The notes under the pieces are model-generated. The model did not search any database. It was not told the origin of the DNA and saw only the letters and a list, made by a program, of their open reading frames with translations. From positions 10,106,001 to 10,170,000 of the forward strand of contig OU015569.1 of the NCBI GenBank assembly GCA_907165135.1: a DNA stretch of 64,000 nt, read 5' to 3'. The translations under genes were made by a program, and so were the position numbers. The stretch comes from Oikopleura dioica. Its lineage: Eukaryota; Animalia; Chordata. The number at the start of each line of letters is the position of its first letter. Position 1 is the first letter of the stretch. Below, one piece after another: positions 54,617-64,000 of the stretch.

Positions 54617-55267
54617 TCTCTCTTTTTTCTTCTTCGTTGATTTCTCCTACTGATGAGATGATATCTTAGCTATTTAAAATCGGCTAAGCTCGATCAGAAT
54701 CAAAAATCTTATTGACAATAAAATAAGTCTTTTTTCACTGAGTGCGCGGATAGGTAGCTCGACTCAACTGTGGCTCAATTGCTCTATCTTTTTCCGCTCC
54801 TACCTGGACAAGGCGTAGAGAGCGCCAGAGATTTTTAATGCGCGGAGAGGACAAAAGCGCTTTTGCGTAAGTCGCGGACGAAGACGTCAACCGTAAAAAA
54901 TTACCGTCATGAGTAAGCCGATGAATGATACTCTGACTCTCATCAAATACGGTTTTTTTATAAGATTACCGTGATATCATCATCGGCTAAGATACTGCCA
55001 TGAGTAACGATGAGAGTAAGTTACCGACATCAAGAACCCAAATTCGGGACCATTAATTTGACTTGCCTGAAACTGGTGTAAATCTAAAAGTGGATTCAAT
55101 CTCGAAAAACGAAAGTCAGTTAGGGCTTTTCTGTTGATCTTGATTTTGCACGAGCGCGCCAATTGCTCCTTATAAGCGGTTGGTAACCACAAAAAAATCG
55201 AATCTCGCGAAACTTTCTTTTCTGCTTTTAATTTTGTCGCTCTTTTTCGTCGCTGAATCATCAGAGA

Positions 55268-56210
55268 ATGACAACTGATCACATCTATCAGGTACATTCA
55301 GCGAATGCCATTGACCGTACTATGTTAGTTGTTTATTAAACATCATCTTTGCTAAAGAAGTACAGAATCGTATTTAGGATCCTGATGACTTTGTCTTTTT
55401 CGTAACCCAAGAACAATACGATGCGGAAACGAGGCTTCTTCGTCGGTCTGCCGCGAAAGCACAAAAACGCAAGGAGAAAGTCAGAAAAACCAAAACCTCC
55501 GATGATTCAATTAAAAAGAGTCCTCAAAAGAAATCGAGAATGCGCACAAGATCACAGGAACTTGCTCGAACTCTCATTATGACTAGGTAAATGATTTACC
55601 TAGTAAATTTACCGTAAATCCTACTGGTAATAAAACAGTCCGCGAGCAACAAAAAGGTCTCTAAAAGAGAATCTGCCCATGCGCATGGTTGTGCCCTTCT
55701 CATCATAAAAACGATTTTGAGCAGACGACCAAAGGACTTGCGCAGGAGTTCGACTTTCTTAGAGCACGCTGCAGCTGCTCGGTCGAGTCCGGCGATCGCG
55801 AAGTTCTTTGGCAGCAAAGACCCAAGATATACTAGCTGGCAAATCGGACGAAGAACAGATCCCGCCTACTACGCAGAATTGGATTTGATATCAGTTTTGC
55901 GAAGGATAGCCGAAGCTAGAAGCGACGATTATTTCGGGAGCGAACACTTCCTCAAGCCAGTAAAAAGGAAATGGGTTCTTCATACGTTGGTTCTCTTCTA
56001 GGACCAACTTTGTGAATCAATTCTATATGCTACCTAGTAGACTATTGCAGTAGAAGCTAACAATTAAATACAACCCAGATAAGATTCATCCAGAATCCAC
56101 TTGCTGAGAAGATTTACAGCCTATACAAAGAGGAAACCTTCGCCCGTTTCGCGAGAGAAGAAGAAGATACAATGATTGTTGAATATTGTAACAAACATTT
56201 TCCATTGTAA
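55268..56210 (+). CDS. Putative uncharacterised multi-exon gene
   Basis: MTTDHIYQ|DPDDFVFFVTQEQYDAETRLLRRSAAKAQKRKEKVRK... with GT-AG introns and ORF 55717-56001. The later reading frame is unresolved. Confidence 0.35.
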
Positions 56211-56833
56211 ATACTCGCCATTATCATCTTTAATCATGCCATATAAAACCTGTACAAATGTCAATACAACTCAACAACATAATATTTTTTTTGTGTTTTA
56301 TTCATGAGTTTTTGCGTTTTGAGGAATGGTTAAAGTATGCAGAGCCGAATGAGCTCAACTAAAAGCTTAGAAAGTAAAAGTTTGAACTCATTAAGACTCT
56401 GTGTCGCTGCCTTCCGGGTTAGATAGTAAGTTTAACAAATAAATATATATTTTACGATAAATCATCGTCGATGATGGTCATTTCTACGGAACTAAAAAGC
56501 TAACGACTCTAAAAAATATGTATCAAAGGTAAATGGAACGTGTAAATGGCAGTATATGAAGCCAAGAGGCAGGTGCGGGTTTTCATTCATGCGGATTCTT
56601 GAACTCGAATGTGGGCTGTCGCGGCTTCGTTGATTATGTGTCAATAGTAAACTAAGAATAACTGTTACAGAAGACAACAGAAAAATATAACTTACAATAT
56701 TTTGCTTTCTTACAAATAGTTGCGAAACTAAAGAGGAATTTCGATGAACTAAAAATATTTATCAAGATTTGATGAGCAATGCTAAAGTACCAGAATTTTT
56801 AAGGCTTCTTTGGCTGAATCATCGATAGCAATT

Positions 56834-59800
56834 TCAGATTGATGGGGAACTTTCGCGTGTTGTTTCTTCCTTGGGAATTGGTTGACTTTGAACTGTCTTC
56901 GTGCTACTCGATGCTGAAGGTTTTCGCGCATCGGCGAGTGGTGTAGAAGTCCTACTTCTTTCATAATTTTTCGATGCTTTGGGTCCTCGCTTCTTTGCAG
57001 TCCACTTTTTCTTCGCCTTGCCTTTTTGGTCAGCCTTATCTGGCAAGATCGGACTTGCTTCTCTCAAACGTGGAGGATGAAGACTATTTCTCGGGCCGGT
57101 ATCATCTCGACTAGGGCGACGGCTTTTGTCATCCCTTTTTCGACGACGGTCAATCTCATCTCGACTTCCACGACGGCTTTCATGACGGGCCGAATCGTCG
57201 CGACTTCCAAGTCGATTTCTCACATTTCTCTGAGGAGAGCTTCGTCGGCTGGACCCCGTGGAGTGCTTTCTATCACTATCTCGTCGCTTCCTCTCATGAC
57301 GGCGCGGGCTTTCACGCTTTCTTTGTTTCTCTTGGTTTCTTCCATCACGGTTGCCAGGTCGTTTTGATCTGGGAGATCTCTCACGAGAATCCCGACGACG
57401 GCGTCGCTCAGGGCTCGCTTCACGACTTTTCTTTCGCTCGGTAGAAGCAGGTTTGCATGGACTTTCAGGTATTTCACCTTCTTCCGTCTCAACAGGCTCA
57501 GGATAATCTTTGGTAGGGGTTTTTGAACCACTACGATTATCTTTATTATCGTTTATTTTTCGCGAGATCGTGGAGGATTCAGCCACTGTTTTCGTATCAG
57601 AAGGGATATCCAAAGTTGCACGACTAACGAGAGCGGAGGTGTCCATCGACGATGGCATCGTAGTTTCTTCAGGTTTGTCTGGCGAAGCCGGGTTTGATTT
57701 TTCCTTAGTCGCCGGTTCCTTTGAGATCGTGGAAGATTCAATCACTTTGTTCGTATCAGAAGGAATATCCCCTTCCATCGTGGAGTCCATCGAGAGATCT
57801 AAGCCAACCTCGATGATCATAGCATCGAATGCCTTCTTTTCTTCAGGAGACATTTTCTCGCGTCGGTTTTCGAGGTCACAGTCGAATCCTATTCGTGACT
57901 CGATTTCGTCGTCGACAGGACGTTCTTCGGCGTTCATTTTCATCTCCGACGGATTCTCCGCCGAATTAGAGCCTTTTCCCGAATCGTCCTTTGGTGGAAC
58001 AGCCTTCGAATCTTCAGGTAAAGATTCTTCGTCAAGTGTAGAATCCCAGCCAGGAGGATCAGAACCTGAATCCGACTCATTCGCCGCGAGCTCCTCTTCC
58101 ATTGTCGAAAACTCGATTTGAATTTGATGCGCAAGCTCTTCTCGTCTTCGCTTTACATCCGAAATCAAGCAGTATTCTTCATGAACGCTGCTTCCAGTAT
58201 CATCAGAACTCGATGGATGCTTTCTTTTTCGCCCATTATCGGTTTCCAAACTATCTTTTTTATCGAGAAACTTGATTCTTTCTTTCGTATCAAGCTGATC
58301 AAAAGGCAACATTTGAGAGCCACTAGTGCCGGTGTTGAAAAATACATCTGTATCATCCATTTCTTGAAGCTTTGCCAAATTTTTCCTGACGTTTTCCCGA
58401 CTTTTCAAGGAAACGTCATCCATTGATGGTTTAAGGTCAGAAGAAGTACCAAGTTCCTTTGGACTTGACTCCGTCGAGATAGTACGGACTTTGATAGTCG
58501 TCTGCGCAGCTGGATTTTTCTTTTCCAACTCTGCAGACGAGTAAACATCATCATCGCTCTCTTCGTCAGAGCTGGAAGACACATAAATTTCCGACTCTTC
58601 TCCATCTGCATCGAAAGAGGTTGATAAATCCGGGTTTTTCGCCTCATCCTGACTTTCTTCACCTGAGACGGTATCGATAAGACTTGAATAAGATGCTCCA
58701 CGTTCCAACAAAACGTCGAGACTTGGCGCTACAAGTGAATTCATCATTTCTGATGGCTGGGCTTTGTTTTTGATGCAGGCTTCTACACATGAACTTCGAC
58801 CTGATTCATTTCCAACTTCTAACTCCTCGTCAGAAGAGGAATTGATTGAGGAATCCGAGTCGGACGGATCTTGATTCTCTTCTAGTGGCGCTTCGTATAT
58901 AACAGTAAATTTCGACTGATCACGTGGAGGCGAAAGTGCGTTTTCAGTCGACGAAACACTTGATTGACTTAATGTTAAGCCCAGAGACGCCGGAACCTGA
59001 GATAAATATTGCGCTGAGGAAATCTATATACAATCTACCTGATCTTCTGCGTTTTTGAGAGGCACCGGCCCATCTCTTTCATCGTCACGAACGCTCTCTT
59101 CCATTATAGTGCTCAGATTTTTCGGCTGAGCATCGTCGTGATCATTTTCTTCCTCCAAAGAAGAGTCCATTGAAGTGTCGAACGAGGAATCCATAGATGA
59201 ATCGAAGGATGAATCTGCTGTCTGATCAAGATCTTCGTCATCTGATTGATGCGATCCCTTTTTGAACTTTTTCTTATTTTTCCGCAGCTTCTTCGGCTTT
59301 CTACGCTTCAGTTTGGCTTGCTTATTCCCATCGATATCGTTTCTTCTGCCTGCTGGACGTGTAAACAGGTGTTCGTTTTGACTTCGTGTTCCATCTACGA
59401 TAAGATCCTCTGAGCTTTTGGGTGTGTCATAACCAGTCACCTCTGGTTCGGCTACTTTAGAAACCGAGGGGCCAGCCATTTGCCGGTGGTCAACAGCTGC
59501 CGATTGTTCCGGAATATTTGATGGTACTTCGTTTGGAACTGTGGTCCACGAAGCTTCATTCCTGTTCTGACGATGAACTCGTGGCCAGAGAGGGGTCAAA
59601 TATGTGGAAGAAGGAGGTGCACAAAAGTTGCCGGGTGGAGGCTCGTCGAGACCAGAGTATTCATCGAAAAAGTTCTGACTATGGCCAACGGTTCGCTCAT
59701 CTCTCACGGAATCGTATCCATAGTTCAATTTCATCGCATCATCATGAAGCATGTTTGTTGGCATAATAATACCTTCCTGTTCAATGACAGATTCATTAGC

Positions 59801-62800
59801 AGCTACTGGACTGTTCGATGATTTATCAACTGTCAAGTCAAGTGGTTCTTCTTGGACCTGTGGAAAAATCGGAGGCACAGGACTATCCGTGTTGCAGCTT
59901 TCGCTATCTTGAGTTGCAGCCTCTATTTTTGGGAGAAGGGAGCTTTGAGCAGCTTCAGTCTCCTTGTTTTCTAATTGCGCTTCATTGCAACGATCTTCCT
60001 CAGGAACACCAGAAGATCTACATTCTTGGGCTTCTTTTGGGATATTTAACTAAAATACAATGATAATGATTCTCTAGAACCGATTTGTTTACCAAGATGG
60101 TTTCCGCTTTATCGGATCCTGTGGCTCTGCTCGTATCGTCTTTTCCCGCATTAATTTGATGCTTGAGTAAATGTGTTGAAGCAAATGCCTTAATATAATT
60201 AGGTAAAGATAAATTAACAGCATTCATTCACTCACGGATTCAACTGAGCTTTGGTTGCTGGAGTTATCCGTTGGCTTCGTAGCCTGGCTCACATCTGCTT
60301 CGTTTGTCCCCTGTTCGTTGTTGAAAAGGTTTACTCTTACAGCTTCAACTCTAGCGTTTTGCGCGTCATGGGATGTATCTGCTTCTCCACACTTGGGTGT
60401 TTCTTCTTGGGTGCCTTTAGACGCAGCGAGTTCTTGAAGGAGCGGAGTGTCGATGACACTGTTGGACCAAAGATATTCCAAAGTTGCTGGGCTAACGAGA
60501 GCGGACATGTCCATCGTATTGTCTTGAGGTTTGTCCGGAGAAACCGGAAGTTTCTTTGTTTTTTCTTCGGTTGGTGCCGTCGCCGTTTCCTGTAAGGAAG
60601 CAACACTTTCTTCCGGAGAAATATCGGTTGCCTTCTCAGATGAATCCCTAGGCTGCGATTCAGAGATAACAGTTTCAATAGCTGCCTTCTCAGTCGTTTC
60701 TTCTGCAGGAAGAAAGACGGGGCGTTCCTTGCAATCAGTACTTTGGGAAATGTTCGAACGAGCATCGCTATTTGGAACGCTATTTTCCGACGAAGACATA
60801 GCGTCAATTTTTTCAGCAGGTTTAGCCAATATTCCGTTTGTTCCGACGAGGGTTTTATCGCAACTGTCGAGAGTAGCAGCAGCTCGTGGATCCTCTGTTT
60901 GTTGCTCCTTTTTGTGTTCTAGAGATTGTCTGTCGGATCCTTCTAGACTGTTTTCATTGCCTTTGATACACTCCTTCATTGAGGACATTTTCTGACACAT
61001 AAGAAGGCCGATAGCCGCATCTTCAATGTTCTGCATTTCGGTTGAAGAGTTAACACCGGAGAAAAGCTGAGAAAAGTTCTCGGTCGAGTTGGTTTCTGTA
61101 GACTTTTGCAGATCTTTTTCACGATCTTCTGGCTGCTTCTCGACTTTATCATCGGAAGAATTCTCATTCATTGAGTTAGGCGAACGCTCCGGCGCTACAG
61201 ACGGTTTTTCAAGAATTTCTCCAGCTGGCTTTGTCGCCTTCTCCTGACTATGATTCTCTTCAATTGGCCGCAAAGGCTCACTGACAGATGATTTTGCCTT
61301 GTCTGACGATGTTATTTCTTCGGTAGCCTTCTCTTCTTGTGGTTGACATTTGGAATTCTCGCCAGCGTCATCACCTTTTCGCTCGTTTTCAACACTTTCA
61401 GTTACGATAAGACGTTGTTCTTGCGGAATCACTTCTTTTGAGATCGGCGTATTATCAGAAGTGGTTTTACTCTCTTTCAGCTGACGAACTCCAACAACCG
61501 GAATGTCGAAATTATCAAAGTCACCGGCCATAGATTTTAGTGCAACTCCGAGTCTTTCTTCTGAGGGTGTTTGAACAACCGTGGAACTCTCACTCGCAGT
61601 TATACCATCCTTTGTTGATGCGTTTTCCGAGCTAGAATGCGGCGGCGTCAGCAGAGTTTTGTCTTGCCCAGGGTCTGGAATCGGATCGTCATTTGACTTT
61701 TTCGGTACTTCCTCAGAGTTATTTTGAGTAGGGATTGGAGAAGTGTTGGGATCTCTACCATTGAAGAAGTCAATCGTTTTACTTGGTGTTTTCAGATTTT
61801 TCAAAAAGTCAAGATTGAGAGGAGCAGGATTAGATTCACTTGGTGCACCCATCAATTCATCGGGAATGACGTTTCGTGGAGGTGTTGTCGGGGGAGGAGG
61901 CAGTGGAAAGTCTTGTTCGAAAACGTACTCGATCGGCGGCGCTATAGCATCTGCTGAGTAAATATCGAGCAAATTTATCTCCTCTGGTGGCTCATTGCTC
62001 TCAAGTGGCAGTGGACGGTACTCATAAGGCTTGCAATCATTCTGTTGGGAAGGCAAGTTGTTGTGCGCCTCAGCCGAACTCATAGACTTTTTAGAAGTGA
62101 CTTTGAAAGACCCATCAGCTTTTCTTTCCAAAATCAGAACATCTTGATCATCAATGACTTGGTCGTCGGGCAACATTCTTTTAGACAGGTCTTTCAGTCG
62201 ATTTCCCGGAGTAGGCCGAGGCCGAAGAATTCGTGGATGAGTTTTTCTCGACGGATTTAAAATCGGATATTTGACATATGGGAATTTTCGACGAAGTTTG
62301 AACGGAAGATTCAATCCTTCTCCTTGCGAGACGACTCTTTTTATTGGATCAGAAAGTGGATCGCCAGAGTCAATGAATGTGAGAAAGTCGCCGTTCTCTG
62401 TATTCCATTCATCAGCATCGGTTGTTGTCGGTCTGGGATCGTAAACGAATTTATACTCCTGCTGTTTCACAGGCTCATCAATAGAAGGTTGGGCGGTAGT
62501 CGTTGGTTGTTGAAATAGTTCTTCAGGTGGCGGGTTAGCAATCGGGACGCAGCTCGGAATATTCTCAACAGGAGGTTTCGGAGCAGTTTTTTTCGGGGCT
62601 TTGCGTTTTGAAGCAGATTTCGCCGGGGGTTTCACTGGCTGAGAACTTTTACGTGGCTGAGAACTCTTCTGTGGCTGAGAGCTCTTCTGTGGTTGAGTTC
62701 TCTTATGTGGCTGAGTACTCTTCTGTGGCTGAGTACTCTTACGCTTTCTGGACTCTAGGAACATGGATCCAGGGTCTACCTTCATTTTCAAACCTTCAAG

Positions 62801-64000
62801 CTTGGAAGGTTTTGAGGGAATCGGTCGGGGTTCACAAGTGTGCACTTTTTCCTTATCCAGATGTCCATTTCGGCTTAAGAAACACTTCTTGACCTTGAGG
62901 CCATCCAAATTAGACATGAAATGCATCACTGCATCTTCTTTTGGATCCTCTCCTTCTTTCTTCGTCGGAATTCGAACATTGCGAGGTCCACGCGGTTTGA
63001 ATGTCAACTCGAAGTTTTCAGGAAGGAGAGCCTTTTGCACCTCCTTCAAATTCATATTTTCAAGGCATTTTGCTGGCAGTGTGGTCGACTGGACAATGAC
63101 AGCTGGTTCAGAGGTCGGCTGAGTAACGGTCAGAGGTACTTCCTGGGAAACGATCGCTGGCTGACCTGGGAAGACCTCAATATTTTCAGCGGAAGAAGTC
63201 GCCCCTGAATCTCGTTTGGCAGAGCTTGGCGTTGCTTCGGCTGTCTTTTCCACCAATGCATTAATTGGAGCAACGTCTTCTAGGGTGAGATCTATCGTTT
63301 TATCCGGTTCGGATGATAGATCTATCGTTGGAACATGCTTATTTGCTACTTGTTTCGCTTTAGAGGGGGTCGGTTTCCTTGGCTTTGGAAAATTCTGCTT
63401 TCTAGCGAGATTTTCTTGACGTAGAAAGTGTTTCTTCGCATTGCCTGTTTGCCGAATCATCGCATCTCCTGCTACGTCTGCTTTGAACTGCAAATACTGC
63501 TGCATCACTTCGTCGGAAAACGCATCGGTGTTGATCCTGAAAAACTTATAATAAATGGCTTTGGAAGATTACTTACTTGTCGATATTTCCTTTGTCTTTC
63601 ATGCCCGAAACACCGCCACTCTTGTTGATCAGTTCCTGAAGCACGTCTGGAAAATCAGTGTCTGTGAGATTATCCAGAGTGTCGTGAATAAGTTTTTGTC
63701 CGACCGGTTTTGTTGGAAGTGTTGTTTTCGAAAAGGAGCTGCTGGCAGGCTCATTTGGGTTTCTTACTTCATCCGGGCTAAGAAAGAGTATTTAGGCTTA
63801 CAATCTGATTGTATTACATACCTTTCTCCTAGAATCGTTGATTTGCAAATACACAAGTCGTCTCTCTTTTTGACATAAGTAGTCAAATCGTCGACTTTGG
63901 CGGTAAGGGACTTCAAAAAGTCAAGAATCTCGGTTACTTTTCCATCAACTAACAGTAGATCGCTTTTATCCGGGTTTTACTTGTTCCGAAGAAAACATGT
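56834..64000 (-). CDS. Giant low-complexity protein (over about 2200 aa; S/E/P/K-rich, C-terminal R/S/D-rich region); 5' end lies beyond the window
   Basis: ORFs 60224-63508 (1094 aa), 59024-59878 and 56834-58747 can be joined in frame through GT-AG introns at about 60230-60185, about 60095-60055 and about 59038-59000. No conserved domain recognised. Confidence 0.7.
62637..62740 (-). repeat. Coding 18-bp tandem repeat, about 6 units, encoding QP(Q/H/R)K(S/R)(S/T)
   Basis: + strand units GGCTGAGAACTCTTCTGT and variants; translation TQPQKSTQPHKRTQPQKSSQPQKSSQPRKSSQP. Confidence 0.85.

Noticed and set aside
57510-63419. Numerous long + strand ORFs (e.g. 57510-58121, 60531-60995, 62763-63122)
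   Set aside because: They are antisense shadows of the long low-complexity - strand ORFs.

Overview
Eukaryotic, gene-dense genomic DNA with very short introns (mostly about 30-60 nt), many non-GT splice donors and chordate-type genes. This is most consistent with a larvacean tunicate such as Oikopleura dioica (inference; no database check was possible). Recognisable genes, left to right: SPA17-like RIIa+IQ protein (-), secreted Cys-rich protein (-), divergent Kunitz protein (+), junctophilin (-), ACSL3/4-type acyl-CoA synthetase (+), small secreted protein (-), an approximately 12 kb alpha-2-macroglobulin/TEP gene with an extra N-terminal PAN-like module and C-terminal EGF repeats (-) carrying a nested antisense gene, ARHGEF4/9-type SH3-DH-PH RhoGEF (+), PLAC8-like (+), NAGA (-), PSMD6/RPN7 (-) with an intronic antisense ORF, BANF1 (+), MFF-like (-), 3-kringle trypsin-like protease (+), tetraspanin (-) and a giant low-complexity protein (-) running off the right end. 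The most striking observations are three. (1) Introns with non-GT donors repeatedly carry short inverted repeats near both ends that would juxtapose the splice sites. (2) Three junctions inside highly conserved motifs only restore the motif if one G is shared between donor and acceptor. (3) NAGA has two tandem, mutually exclusive versions of its C-terminal domain, with donor-to-distal-acceptor base pairing. All gene models were assembled by hand from the sequence; splice sites are predictions and outer coordinates may be off by some bases.
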